A DNA stretch of 64,000 bases from Balanoglossus misakiensis (GCA_040954595.2 CM082589.2:1156009-1220008), one strand, 5' to 3'; numbered from the stretch's first letter, positions 27,101-41,534 are shown. Notes: generated from the sequence alone by a model not told the origin. Made by a program: numbers and translations.

Positions 27101-29216
27101 GTGATCATTCCAAAGACTCAATTTATGAGTTTTATGATGACATAGACGCGGCATGTGCCAAATAAGCTTATGTATTGATGGTGTGTACGTCAGCCGGCCA
27201 TCGATGGAAGAAAACAGTCAGTTTTTATTGCATCTTATTATATTTTCATTAGTATATATCGTACTTCCTGGCATATGGAGTTAATTTCACCACATATATA
27301 TCGTACAAATAAATTCCAATCTATTCTAAATAACACTGTCCGATACAGTCAGTCAGAAGGAAAAAGCAATCACAGTGTCCCAAATTCACTGATTTGTACA
27401 ACAGTAAATTAAAAAGTCAAATTTATCTTTATCGCGTTTTAAATTCTAAGTTGTCAGTGCCTATTTAGGTGGCCTACTGCAATACGTATCAATTTCCGAT
27501 TCTGTGGTGTGATTCAGTAATCATCAGCCTGCCTGTAAATCAGTGTATTGTTGCTAACCCTCGTTTTCATATTCGTTACTAGAGCATCTCCAATCAGTTT
27601 TTTTCACTAGACTATTAAAATTAGATAAGAAACTCAACCTGTATCGGTATCATAATTCTGTCTCACTGGGACATTTTCTGTCATTTCTGCACGACTGGAT
27701 ATTGAAGCTGCAAACCGTTTCCATGTTAAGCGTCATTCATGTGATACTAGTCATATCAAATACAAGCACTATTCATAATTGAGTTTGTGGTGCGTTCATA
27801 ATGATCCTGAAATCTTAGTCTCATGTTATATCAACATTTTCACGAACATATGAACGCATGATAGTACGAATCAAGTGTGGCTAAAGGGAACATCTTTTCT
27901 TAAATGATAAGAATGTCTGAAATCAAACGAAAATAAATTTCAAAGATAACTGTGCCTGTGGTATGATATGGTTAATGTAGTTAAGGTAAATGACGTCAGA
28001 GTAAAATGTCATAAGGGTAGCAGTTCTCGAAACCTATTTCCCTGACTGTTGATTTAGCGAAAATTCGCTTTTGAAGGTTTTTTTTCGGTCACAGGATGTT
28101 GCCAGGGGAACCATGGGGAGGGGAAAGTCGCAATACAACATCTCACAGCGCCAGAACAGCCCACCTGGAGGTCAGCTGATAGTATATCTATTGTTATGGT
28201 AGTCCTGTCTGTTTAAAGTCATTTGATGATACAAATTGTTTTAATGGACTCTTCTACAATGTATAAGATCGTTTTCTACACAATGCCCAGTGAAACTAAC
28301 CAGCGCTTCGTTTCTCGTTTATCTCTGTACCCACGGTGTGTCCATTATAAAAACTCGTAATACGATGCACGTATTCTTAGTGAGGTGTCAACACCTCAAA
28401 AGATAGTGCTCAGAGATATAACATCTCGTTTCTGTAGGCATACACCAATTGATTTAGCCAGCTGCTGAGTGCAATCACATCCAACTGACGTAATATGGGA
28501 CTCGCTGAAAAGGATGACAGCTGTAACAAACGAACAAAACAGAATACCAACCAACAAATATCACAGAATGTGAAAATAACACACGTAGGTAGTGATTGGA
28601 GAAGATCAAAGGTATACATGAAAAATTCAATCAGATGGTACAGTGAAAATAATGCTGCAGACGACAGCTTCATCCGTTGTAGAAACGTTCAGCTTTAATG
28701 GTGCAGAAAAATTCATCGAAAACATCTAGAGTAGAATTCATAATTTCAGTTGAAACTGAATATAAGTACCGTGGATAATAGTTTATGAGGAAAAGAACAT
28801 GGTAATATTTTTCATAAATGGTAACCTGATTTTTCCATACAAAATGATATCTTTCGAATATGTCATCAGCCTTCAGATACGGTTCGCTAGTTTGGGTAAA
28901 TAGTGTTATTATGAATACCCATTTCCATACTGATAATGGGGGGAAATTTCGCCTCTGCAGCAATTCAGTTTTGACAAAAGATGCGAGGAGGTTTCAACAT
29001 CATCACAGTGCGAATGCTGTATGAATACCAATTATTTCACCCACGTTATCCACTGGTATGTCTGTTCTTGCTTCCCAAAGGCATTTAATAGAATATGGGT
29101 ACTTTTAATACACTCCTGATGTATAATACTGCTGATGTGTTGATCAAGTCTTGCTTGTACTTGGCCAATCGCCAATGCATGTATATTTTGTACATATAAT
29201 ATTGATAAAGTTGCCG

Positions 29217-30200
29217 CTAGTAAGATGACGCACGAATTCTTGGTAATGTGTCGCCATGAGAAGAACACTTCAAAAAGTAATGTTTTATAATGTCTCGAAA
29301 ATCGTGCTTGAAATATGCATACACCAGTGGATTTAGACAACTGTTCACTGAAATCAGAACCCAACTGATGTAGTATGCGATTTTTAAAGAGAACGTCGCT
29401 GGATAGTTCGTCAGCAGCAACAACCGAACGGACCAGAATGGAAACCAACAGACAAAAAATAGTAGAACCGCCATTAATACCAAAGCACCGATGTGGCCAA
29501 CCCTGAATCGTCGGCGACGTCTGGCGTTGTTTCCCAAAAAACGGAGAATGCGAACATAGCAAACGCAGATGATAATCAGAGGGGCAAGGAATCCAATGAT
29601 GAAAGTGTAAATTATGAAGAGTTGTTCGATCAGTGGTACGGGGCAAATAACGTTACAGACGACAACTCCGTCTGCCATGTCTGTGGTAGCGTACATCCAT
29701 AATGGAGCAGACAAAGCCAGAGATAGCGTCCATAACATCAAACATACCAGTTTAGTCTTCCTCGGAGTCCGGTAATTTTTTGCCCAAACTATGTGAACAA
29801 TAGCGAGATATCGATCTATAGCCATGGCCGTCAATGTGAAGATTCCTGTGAGCATGTTGGAACCGTCAATTCCCATGACAACTTTACACATTGCATTCCC
29901 AAATATCCACTTGGAATGCGTGTTGAAGTAAATCAGAAAAGGCAACCCGAAGAGGTGCAGGAAATCAGCGGCGGCTAAATTGAGAATGTAGAGATTGGGA
30001 ACCGAAGCCATCGAAGGGAAACTTACACTGGTATAGATGACGACTCCGTTGCCAATTAAGCCAAAGACGCACACGAAACTGGAGACGGTCGCCATGAAGA
30101 TATTGAACAGCCATTCTGGAAAGGGTTCTGTTGACAGCAATGATGTAACATTTGCAGTTTCGTTGATTATTTCCATGTCTGCCATTAGTGCCAATCCCAT
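29217..30200 (-). CDS. Rhodopsin-class peptide GPCR, somatostatin/allatostatin-C/MCH-receptor-like, intronless, 327 aa
   Basis: Seven hydrophobic segments. Motifs: GLIGNGVV (TM1), NLAAADFL (TM2), CKVVMGIDGSNMLTGIFTLTAMAIDRY (TM3, with the Asp typical of SSTR/opioid/MCH receptors), CWFPF (TM6), NSCLNPLVY (TM7). N-glycosylation sequons NET and NVT in the N-terminus. Confidence 0.9.
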   Translation of the reverse strand: MGLALMADMEIINETANVTSLLSTEPFPEWLFNIFMATVSSFVCVFGLIGNGVVIYTSVSFPSMASVPNLYILNLAAADFLHLFGLPFLIYFNTHSKWIFGNAMCKVVMGIDGSNMLTGIFTLTAMAIDRYLAIVHIVWAKNYRTPRKTKLVCLMLWTLSLALSAPLWMYATTDMADGVVVCNVICPVPLIEQLFIIYTFIIGFLAPLIIICVCYVRILRFLGNNARRRRRFRVGHIGALVLMAVLLFFVCWFPFWSVRLLLLTNYPATFSLKIAYYISWVLISVNSCLNPLVYAYFKHDFRDIIKHYFLKCSSHGDTLPRIRASSY

Positions 30201-33200
30201 GGAGTTACCTGATATTCAATTTGCGACGGTCGCGTTCACAATGAAATCGACGTCGGACTGCACACACGTATCAGCTCTTCTCTCTCTCTCTCTGATCGGA
30301 TCCGCTCGCAAGGGACTAGAGTAAGTGGCACTTCGGCGCAGTTCACCTCAGCTCTGCTTCCATCGACGACAATAAGTGAAAGGAATTTTAACGGTAAACA
30401 CGTCGTCTGATCTTCTAACTGATAAAAAGGTATCAGTAAAGTGGCTTTCAACGTTAAAATCGATTTACTTGATGAGGATGAGATGTTTTTAGATGACGAT
30501 AATTTCTCTCAAGAATGAACTTGTTGTGGTTGGTGGCCAGCGGACATCTCATCCCGATTCCTGGAATTGTTGTCTCCGGAAGACGAAAACTTCACATCTG
30601 ATACAAACACCGACAATTACTTCTGAAAGAACTGGTTGTGGTACGCTCTCACATGTTGTTGACATTTTATCCACATCCGCGCTGCGAAATGATTTTTTCC
30701 GTCTAAATCTCACACAGTCATGGAAAAGAAATATTCCATTTCGTTGAAGGGTTGATAGGGTGTTTTCTTGAACATCAACGTGCAGATGGTTGTTCCATTT
30801 TGTATGGAGGGGTGATGTGTGGTTCAATTGCGGCATAACTCAAAACTGCTTTCTATATTCAAACAAGATCTGGTCCCCAATAAAACAATATCAGACTGAC
30901 GTCTTTAAATGTCATTCCATAGACCCAACAATCATTATCATTTACAAGCAGTAGAAGATGAAAATCACAATGGGCCGGGCTATCTTGAACCACTTGTTGA
31001 TGTACCAGGTTGCCCAAGCTAGCATACACCACACGTCGATAATCATATTGACCAAAAGTGACAAAATTAATTCTAAATGTTGTCCATTACGCGCGTTACA
31101 TGATCTTGTATACATTCAATTTTGATGAGGATTTTAAGATCATGAATGCTAATGACTGCTAATTTTAACGCAAGAAGGTAGTGCTATCAAAGGACATCCA
31201 TCTAAACGGAATTTCACTTCAATATGTGGCACACGCGAAATGAGCAATTGACGAGACATGTCAAAGACATGCTTGGAAGGAGAGTTAATGAGGTTAAACA
31301 AAAACCCCGCAGCAGATATGCAAAGAATGTGCTCGTTGCAGTATCGACCATTCCATATGTCCTCACCTACTTTACGGGACTTACTGCCCTTCAACATTTG
31401 TGAACATTGTAAGCTTTTTTCCCCAAAACGACATTAATTACAAACATAGCACATGCCAATAGCTGTTTCACTTATCTCAACACACATCTAGTCGTTTGCT
31501 CATCAATCATTCTCTATTTTCTTGTTCAAATAAATTTCCTGGTGGGATCCATTTATTTCCAAGTCAATGAGATTCATTACACACAGACTTGCAGGCAAGT
31601 GAACCTAGAGGGCCATTAAGGTCATATTTCTCAAACACGTTAGCTATACCTTGATCCATACATCAATTCCCACGAGGATACGTATCGCAGTATGTAATAC
31701 ATAACCAGCTTTTCCATTTCACCCAGAGGATGACTATCATTATGAAAACAAACGGTAAGCGCTTACAGAAAGGCGATATTCTTGCTACGCCTTAGGGTAT
31801 AATAAATCTTGCAGCCAATGGGAACATTCGGTACGTATAATCGTGTATGGTTACGCATGACGTAACCGGTCAACCTTTGACCCCTACAAATGATAGCCAC
31901 GAATAAGCAACGTTTTTCGGATAAAATTATGTGTTCAACAGAACAGTAGGATTGCTTTCGCGAAATTTCCTTTATCACGAGAGACCATCAACTGAGTAGT
32001 TCGTGTGAGTGTATAAATGTCTACATCGCGAGGAACTCGTTAAAAGAAAAACACTATCACGCAAGAAAGACATAAAACATTGTCATGGCATGATAACACA
32101 ACCAAAGGCTTAATCCTAGATGAACTTTGAAACAAAGTGTACGCATAAGGGAATTCAAATTCACACAGCTCCTTCTCGTCATGTAACAATTTAGGCTTTC
32201 CCCTCAAAACTGTATGAAGATTAATGGCCATGGCGTTGACCTTTATATCCCTGTATCGCTCTTGCGACACAGCAGGTACCTGGTGTCACTGATGTTAAAT
32301 GGAGAAGGTTGAAGATCATGCCTAGAAGGTATACGTGCTTAATGCATCTTTGAGAATTACTCTCTACAACAAATTTGAAGTTTTAGCATCAAACTCGTTT
32401 CGTGAAATCACCAACATGTAATCTGTGTTGCTAGGATACAAGTCAAAGACATGATTAATCTGCAATATACGACCACATCGAATTAATAGACTGGATTATC
32501 CTTCTGAATGTAAACATGTTTCCATGATGAAACAGGAGTAAGTTTTTATATTCAGCAGGGACATTACCTTCTTTTCTGAATCAGCTTTCATGGTCATCAA
32601 GTAGAGGATTTTGAGATTAGTTTTCATAGCCCGAAGACATCCATATGCTCATAGACGTTGATATCGCATGTCTCCGTATAATCGAAAAAAGCCTCGAGTT
32701 AAACCAATATTTGGATCCAATGTATTGCTGTTAGCACTGGGATGTTTGTGCATGTTGCATCATTTGTGTATAAAGTTCTCTGTGTTGGTTACTTAGGCAA
32801 TGCAACTTATATTTGTGCTTGAATTTGACTCAGTTCTATTTATTTATATATTTATTCAAGGGACCAAAAATGTACCATTTTCAGCATGCTGGGAATATCT
32901 ATAACATTCACCAGCCCTGATTCTGTGCTATCACAGAAAACGAGCCTGTTCTACAGCGTTATCAACATGCAAATCTCCCTGCTTCGCGAAGTATATGGAT
33001 TCATGGAGTATATGGAAATTTGGCGAGATTGCCGGGGAATAGGATGAAGATGGAATCGTCAGAATGACTGCACACTGTAAAACAGATCAAAGTTCTTACA
33101 TTATCGTCACGTTCTCATCTCCGTAGGAAGATGGGAATGTGACAGGGGAAATTGATGGGACTTGTCAATGTTTCTGTCAGGTCAATTTTTCACCTCCCTA

Positions 33201-36200
33201 TAAATTATATGATAGAAAAATGTTTAATAATTCCAATGTTTCAGAAGAGTCTCTCCAAGGACTGAATAGATATTGCATAATTATTTTAAGTGCTGAATAC
33301 ATCAAAACACCGACCCTTCTCCAAGCACGTGACAGCACAAAAAAGAATATAGAAAATAATAGTTAACGCACTGAAACTAATGTTCTCAATCACGAACTGT
33401 GTTTATGTAATTTTTTTCCCTTAGTAAAAGCCGCACTAATTACAAAATTATAGGTACCAAATTTTTCATGGTCAGACATCAGGCATTTATGAACTTAACA
33501 CAAAAGAACCTCACTGCTTGCGATAATCGAAGACACGTGACTAAATCAAGATAAGATGCACGGTTTTGTCATATGATATTCACATTAAACATTTATCTGA
33601 GTTGGGGGTTTAGTATACCTTCGGTGACATATTTGTAAAAAAAATAATCCTGGTACATAACATGCTCTTAGGTCAGTGAACGTACAAAATGTCATGTTAT
33701 TGAGATAGTGATGAAGGTGCTTTCATCGGTGGACTCTGACATCTGTCTGATGACAGCAAGTAGACTCCAAGGCGGCCATGCACACATCTCTATTGTAGGG
33801 TTTCTCAAAGTGCAATACAGGGTTGTGAAGAAAGCGAGGCATTTTCAAGGCTGTGAAACCAGGTGGATACAGAAACTGTGCATCGTAACTCTATGGACTA
33901 ACTACTCCATTTTCACACAAATGTATCAGGGCTTCATAGTTCACGGCTGGTGACTGTTACATCGCACATAAACCGACCTTGTAACTATTATACGGACAAC
34001 ACTTTACAGATCAATTTGCACTGATTATACCTTGGCTTCGCAGTACACCTATACAACTCTTACATCTCGATGTCTAGTATGTAACAGAGGAGAAAACCTG
34101 ACTCATATTGTGGCTACTTGCTTACAAAATACCGCCTTGGAACATCACCAACAAAAACAGGTTATTGATAGCACGATTTGTGTCCCCTTTTTGAATCAAT
34201 TAAAGCTGCTGATCGTACTTTGATTGCCGTCAACTGTTGTAATTGAAAAATAATTGTTTTTAGTTCATGAATATATATTTGACAATATTGTGACGAATAC
34301 TAAGAAGATAGATGCATGACTGGAATATTTAATGTATAAGAGGGTTGCTCTCTGACAGGAATGGTTTACGTAGTCACAGGTGTCTATCTATAACCTATTA
34401 AAGAGTAGTATTTCTGCTGATGTCAAACTTTGCGGTGTTTCTAAATACTCTCTCAGATGTCCGCACCTGGGATTTTGTCCCAAATGACATCTCTCTGTTA
34501 GTAGACAGAAACCGGTACCATTTCCTTCCATTAAATGAAGTCTTTACGATGTTCTGCAACAAGGATCCCGCCTATACTCTGGTGTATTCTAGAGCACTAA
34601 GTCAAAATTGACAGGTGAGTCTTGGATGAAAGATTTTATGTGGCGGTGCGGGCGGTGTGTTTGTTTGGACGGCCAGGTCACGTCAGGGTCATATCACCAG
34701 TAAAATGACGATCGTCCTCGCAAAAACGCGCTGGCAAAGAAAGCTGTGTGCCCAAACTTGAAGGTAGGTTGGAAATGAAACATGTTTTTATTGTTTTTTT
34801 AAAATAAAAGTACAATTTGCATCAGTTACCAAAATCCAATCTTATGGTAAAGACTGCCGAGTATGCGTTATTTGTCCTTTGTGACATGACATGACATGAC
34901 CTTCCATATAAACCGCCTGACACGCGAGATCTCACAGGGTCTCGCGGAGTTCAGAAAATAGTCTATTGGTAATGTCTTGTTCGAATGCAAAATTTCCAGC
35001 GAGAGATGCAAGGATTATATTTCTATTTTTGGTCACATGAGAACAACACACATGACTTTCACGTGACCTTCGTCGCTGTTTGCATATGTCGTACTGACGT
35101 TACTAAAATCATGGGTTTCCTTGCTGTTTGTTCTGTACCTCAAGCACGTGATATGTCAAATTTCAACATTTGTACTTCCAAGTCCCATGATGTTTGCAAA
35201 CTACCCATCATTTGTATTTTATTTGATTCTCTGTTTTGCATTTCGTCAATTATTGCACTAAACTATTTATAATAAACAAAACATGCAAGTATCGCAACCT
35301 GGACTCTAAGGGAACAACACAAAACATTGTTTCGGTCAACGCCGAAAACTTCAAACAAGAAAAGTGTTGGCGGCAGCAGACAACATACCACTGACCAGCG
35401 CTCAATGTCAGGCACAGATTTCCTGCTAAACACAACAACAGTAACACTTTAGGGAAGCAAGATAAGCTTAAATAAATTAGGTTAACTGTATATCAAATAT
35501 TGATATCAATCTTCTTGACTTTGTCCTTGGGGACTCAAAATCCAACGACTGGAAAGAGAGGTCATACCTAATGAAATCAGCTCGCTTTCTAATCATCAAT
35601 AAATTACTTATAGTGGGAATAAACGTTGGCTCAATGTAATATTTATCACTTTAAAAAAATGATATTTCATATAATTTGATCATTTGAAGTCTGTGCCTGA
35701 TCATTAGTTCTGAGGACACAACTTATAGTGCCTTTCGACATTGAGGCATTGCGCTATGTCCGATTGCAAAACGATATCAGTTATAACTCCGGTCAACTAG
35801 ACCCAGTTTTGACCGAAGCCGTCACGACGCCATGCAAAAACCGAGTGCTGTACAGGCAGTTTCACCACAGGTAGGCAATGTTGTATATTTGAGGGATAGC
35901 TTTTGATCATGATAAGGATAACAACGTTTATACCTTCCACTCTCAATACGTGTACAATTTGTAATATTACAATTAGCTTTTGAAACACTGTGACGATCAG
36001 AAACTGTTACACAGCTTCGTCTCTGCTGTCAAGGTTGTTGTATACTAAGGCATACTCGTACTGAGGACAAACCAAAAAGTGTATCACGAAGTATTTACGT
36101 GACGTAGACTATGCCCTAGTTTTCAAACAAACACGCACGCGCAGATATACATATTATCAATAGGCTGTCAGGATTCAGTTCTGCAAGAAATTATACTAGT

Positions 36201-37034
36201 ATTTTAAGGATATAAATGCTGGTCAAATAAACGTTACAAGCAGGAAACGACTTAACTGAAAAACGGCATCTTTCTTTACTCAAACAGATAACGCATCTCA
36301 AGGCGTGTGTACTTTTAACAAAGGTACACAGAACTTTGTACCACGTATGTACCCGGAGTTTTTAAACCAGACACGTTTCTCTGGGATTTGTACAACACAT
36401 TAAGTTTACGCTGATACCCGGAAGAAAGTTAATCCAATCCACGAATAGAACAGAACAGTGTGGCCACCTTTGAGCGACTTTATAAACAATGCCATACAAT
36501 TGGCATCATTGGACAACTTTTCATACGTCGGAAACCAAACGTCTTCAAACCAAAACAAAACAGAAGATTGTATACAATCGTAACCATGTGTTATAAACTT
36601 TCGCCATATTCTCCTACAAATTGTCTGACAACAAAGTTAGCTTTATTTAAAGCAAAATCACAATATTATGTCAATAATTTCACCAGACAAACATTACAAT
36701 GGAGTAGACAGGATGTATTTGCACATTTTATCGACTGACTGTTGTGTGTACCAAAGCTACCACGCCCCGGCCTTTAAGTGGCCATGGTACTGTGGAACCT
36801 TTGCGATGGCGACGTTTAACGATTGTGGCAACGACTTCTTTTGTTTCGCTATTATATTCCAAGAATAGAACTTTCAAGTCGTATTTTTAGGGTGCTTCCC
36901 CGGGACGGTTGCTGTTTGTCCGTGTCACCTGTCCTGTTTGTTTAACGATACTGAATTAGGGCAGCTAAAATATCAAATTAAATTGTTCTGGTGGGTACGA
37001 ACTTAAACGATGGATGGAACTATTTTACAACTGA

Positions 37035-37108
37035 TGACTAATAGGGAAAAGTCACAATGAAAATTTGGAGAGATTATGGTCGTTTATCACTTGACCACAA
37101 CTATAAAA
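37035..37108 (+). promoter_or_regulatory. Core promoter of the first IL-17: TATA box with AP-1-like and kB-like sites
   Basis: TATAAAA at 37102-37108, ~105 bp upstream of the ATG. Variant AP-1 TGACTAA at 37035-37041. Imperfect kB-like GGGAAAAGTC at 37044-37053. Confidence 0.5.
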
Positions 37109-37212
37109 GTCGAGGGTAGTGGACAGGAGATGTATTAGTGAAAATATTGTACCCGATGCATCTTACATCGCAGACAGATTGAGATTTTCGACAGAAGGAG
37201 GTTCTTTTAACA

Positions 37213-38017
37213 ATGTACCGTCTATCCCATTATCTGTTACTGGTAAGTGTCTAAGATAAATTTATTACAAGGACTTTGATAGGCATGACTTATGATGAAA
37301 AGCAGTTACACTCCTTCGTGATGACGTCATCGTAGAATGTTTACAAGGTCAAGAAATACGAAGGCCAGAAAACAAGCGAAGAACACACACATTTACGCAG
37401 AACATTTGTGACTTAATGAGCCAACAACACGATCAAAATGATTCAGAAATGGTACGTGTCTTTTTACACTAATTACATTTTCATTGCAGATTGCTGTGCT
37501 GTTCAGCGGAGTGACAGGTCGACCGCGGTTGCCAAGAGACACCGAGGAAATGGAACTTCAAGAAGAGGAAACATGTACCGACCCAACAACACACCGACAC
37601 TTCCATCGACTACTTATGGGACTTCGTGAAAACAATACTTTGGCAGTGTTACCCTTCAGTCAGTATAACGAAAGTTTGGATGATGTGATAGACGATGACT
37701 TCAATCACTCCCGAACATCTTACACTCCAATCGATCGACTCGGAGCTGATTCGCCCATCGAGTTCTTATCCACCTGCCCTTGGGTTTACACCTTGAATAT
37801 TGATAAGAATCGGATACCAGCTGTCATCAACTTCGCCCAATGTGCATGCTCTCGTTGCCTTGACGAGGATGGCTCGGAAGACCCGATCAGGACATGTCAG
37901 GAGGTGTTTTATCCCATGCGCGTGTTACGAAACGTCGGTTGTCTAAACAGTGCCCGCCAATACGAAGAAGTGATACAAGATGTTCCTGTGTCCTGTACAT
38001 GTGTTCGTAACATATAA
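37213..38017 (+). CDS. IL17: Interleukin-17 family cytokine (copy 1), 2 exons: 37213-37242, 37490-38017
   Basis: Exon 1 MYRLSHYLLL|gtaagt joins IAVLFSGVTG to form a signal peptide. IL-17 cystine-knot core: LSTCPWVYTLNIDKNRIPAVINFAQCACSRC...CQEVFYPMRVLRNVGC...VPVSCTCV. Confidence 0.92.
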
Positions 38018-38765
38018 AGTTTTACACTTCGCAAGAATTAAGTCGTAATTACGTTATATTCTCAGAACCTATTATGACAAGGGAAGTGATAATACATTGG
38101 TTTCATTTCAAAAGAAAACGCTTATTTTCATTGGCTTTGGCAATTTTATAAACTAGTGTTATATGTACTCATGTCATCTATTTATAGATACTTACAAAGC
38201 TAGGAAGTTTGATATCAAAATTTGATATTCTATTCATCACAATAAGTTGTATTTATTTTAGTGTACCTACTTCCCTTCATGACCGATGCGGTAATGCATT
38301 CCACGTAGTCACGTTTTATGTGACATTATTTTTCCCATTTTTTGTGTCTTCAATTCATTGCATTTAATTGTACCAATAAAGTTAGTTTTATCATGACTTG
38401 TCAACTTTTGTTTTTAACTGGCACAACACAACTTCAAGCAGATCATATCTTACCTCGCTATACGAAAACAACTTAACAGACTGTGCAGAGTATTCTGTCG
38501 AATTCTTGATTATCTACGGAAATAATTTATCACTGTCATAAAATCCTAGTAACGGGACGTCTATGATATATGCTCCCCCTTCAATCACGTATAGATATCC
38601 GATTGTGGTTGAGTCTGTGACTGTTATGATATAATCCCTCCTTGACCTATTGGTCGTAGACAAACATGTACTTAGATTATATCAGATCGCCGTTTCCCTA
38701 TAAAATTGTACGCGAACGTAATGTCAAAGTGCAAGGGGAGCAGGTTAAGGGAACCAACAGAATTA

Positions 38766-38928
38766 CTGTAGAACACTTTATTTTCGCGAGCAATAAATTT
38801 TCGCGAAATACGCAAGAGCCAACAATGCACTGAATGAAAAAAGAGAACACGAAAATTAATACTTGTGAAACAGTGGCCTCTCTCGATATCGCGAAAATTT
38901 CAACTCGCGAAAATAAAGTGTTTTACAG
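38766..38928. mobile_element. Small MITE (~163 bp) with TA flanks and CTGTA...TACAG termini (Tc1/mariner-type)
   Basis: ta|CTGTAGAACACTTTATTTTCGCGAG...CTCGCGAAAATAAAGTGTTTTACAG|ta. Terminal inverted repeat of ~25 bp with one mismatch, plus further internal inverted similarity (AAATTTTCGCGA / TCGCGAAAATTT). Confidence 0.8.
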
Positions 38929-39198
38929 TATTTGAGTGGATTGATAATAGGACATACATGCAAGTGCGCACGTGCAGGGCATTACATTGTCTGTCCACTG
39001 AAGCATCATCCAGACATTGCTCCTGCACAAGCACAATTGCCGAACAAACGACTTACAAACGAGTAGTTACATCAATTAGTCACGATTACAGTTGATTTTT
39101 CCCCGCAACAGACGCATCTAGTGAATTAGATCAGTAGACTTTGACATCGTCTTGTACTGGGAAGTATTCAACTGTGATCGTGCCACATTATTTACAAA

Positions 39199-39238
39199 AG
39201 ACAACGTAAGAGGGCGGTACCGCCCTCTTACGTTGTCT
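39199..39238. repeat. Perfect 40-bp spacer-less palindrome
   Basis: AGACAACGTAAGAGGGCGGT|ACCGCCCTCTTACGTTGTCT; 20 of 20 pairs match. Confidence 0.95.
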
Positions 39239-41534
39239 GTCTACTCACCTGTTGGAATATTCTTTGGCAAACCATCAAGGAACATTCTTTTCCTTCGGCA
39301 CAGAGACCTTGTAAATTTTCCCTGAGAAGTTCTTCCAAGTTCTTGAACATCCATGCAGTCATCCTCATCAGCCTCTTCGTTCATTTCTGCTTCACCTTTA
39401 AATGCAATTTGGGAGAATTAACGTCATCATCCGACAGACACTTCCAAATTGGTGACACGAGTGACGTTGCACTTCCGAATATGTGAAAGCACTTGACGAA
39501 TCTATGCATTGCGTGTGACCTCTTTCAACCAATCCAAATCTCTTTATACACCTGTTCACCTTCGAATCATGATTAATTTGGGAGGAAAGCAGTGTGTACG
39601 TCATGATTGGTCGGGTTTTGCACTGACCAGGTGTTGTTTGCGTGCTGTAAGTCAGATAATTCACTCGTGCAATATTGAACGCCACTCTTGTGTCTAGACA
39701 GAGTATAAGACAAGCTATTGGAGTACAGGTTGCGGAGCCCATGTTCGAGTTCACGATGGCTTTATTGAATAAAGGCTGCTACCATGTGTTTAAATACCCC
39801 TGGGAATTTATAAAGGAGTGATGTCAAACGTTGATGTGACATCATGGAGATCGCCCTCGTGTGTTCCATCCCGCGGCCAAGGCCAGTTTCCGCAACACTC
39901 TTGTAGCGCCCCCAAGTAGTGTTTTGATTTTGCGTTCATTTTCTGTCATAGCCAGCAAAACCAGGTCGGTTAGCATGTCAGACGACGTCATTGGATCATT
40001 AATTTCAATGATTGAATTTTGTCCGTCCAACTTCCCCTTTCTTTTGTTTCGACACCGCCAGCACGACTTGCGGTGAGTCTATACCTGTATGCTGGAACAG
40101 CGAATGATAATACACTGGAAACGGAAATCAAAATATAGTATACTGAAATGATGATTTTAATTAACTGTACTGTTATAAAATGCCGCAGTTACTGGTCAAA
40201 ACACAATAAGGACAACAATTATTTTGTGGAAATGGTGATGTGCCGTTTTTGGCTCTCTGCCAATAACTCCAATAAAATAATCATGATAACACAATTGGGA
40301 AAATGGAGGGGAAATCCCAAATCACACCTAGATCACCATCCGTATGTTTAACACAAACATTGGGGGTGGGGGGGGGGGGGGTAGTGTGTGTGATTCTAGT
40401 TATGCGTCAAGTGTTCAGACTACGTCAACTTGTCTTCTTTACAGTATCGCAAGAAGCATTTGCAATAACTGGGTTATAGAGGTCCTAGGCTTTAGGTTTT
40501 CAAAAGGCTTGAAAAATCGAGCTAATATACCAGGTGCTCTCTATAACCCGTTAACTCGTCCTGTTAGACTGTTTTAACTTCCCCGTTTGCAGAGCCCCAG
40601 TCTCGCCCAGTGGTATTCATATCAAGCAAAACTGTGCCGGACCGGGGTCAGAGGTCAGTCTCGTAGTAACCCACATCCGGGTTGACGCGCGTGACCCAAT
40701 TCACCTGTTATGTCTCGTCTCTCGTGTTTCTCCATTCGCACTACAATCTCTTCGTGAATTGCATACTTATTTCATATCTACTTATAGTTTATTTATCTCA
40801 CTTTATTTCAATAAGGCAATTCTATGCATAATCTTTTTACAATTTGATTAACAGTGGAGTATAATAAACATAAATTGGTGAATAATATTTTGTACACATT
40901 ACAACTTCATTTGTAACATTGAAACACGGTCACTTGTAAAACAGCCTCTGCTTTGAAGAATTAATTTTAAAAATAGGATACAAATTACTCATAACCCGCT
41001 TTTATTCGCATAGATGGTGTGATATGGTGTGATATTAAAGTGGCGTGATATTCATTTAAATATTCATGATAAGTTTAAATTGACAATGTGGACGTAATTT
41101 CTGAACTCATCATCATCCCTTCAAGGGCACATTAATCCCACTCGCAGAGTGGAAATGAATAATATTATTTTCATAATTTACGGTACAGAAGGAATTTTTA
41201 AAGATAAACATTCTTTCTCTAGCCACGTCACTACTATGAATGAAGTTACGTCATACAATGACAACTTATTGTACACTATATGGATATGCATACGTGTCCT
41301 GACGTTCGCCATTTTGAAAACCATGGCAACTTGGAAATATACCTTCGATGCGAAGAAAACAGTATTATCATTACTGGAGAAAGATATTCTTATAATCATT
41401 TGACCGATTGAATCTTGTTTGCTGCTTATACATGAACAGATTTACGTTCTAAAATATGCCGGCGCTAAGTCTAAATCTTTCAAACAGAACACAAACCAAA
41501 AATTGTGAAAGTTGAACCACGACTTTTGTCCATC

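Noticed and set aside
29032-29646. 204-aa alternative-frame ORF overlapping the GPCR
   Set aside because: TTG start, no recognisable motif; a shadow frame of the GPCR CDS.
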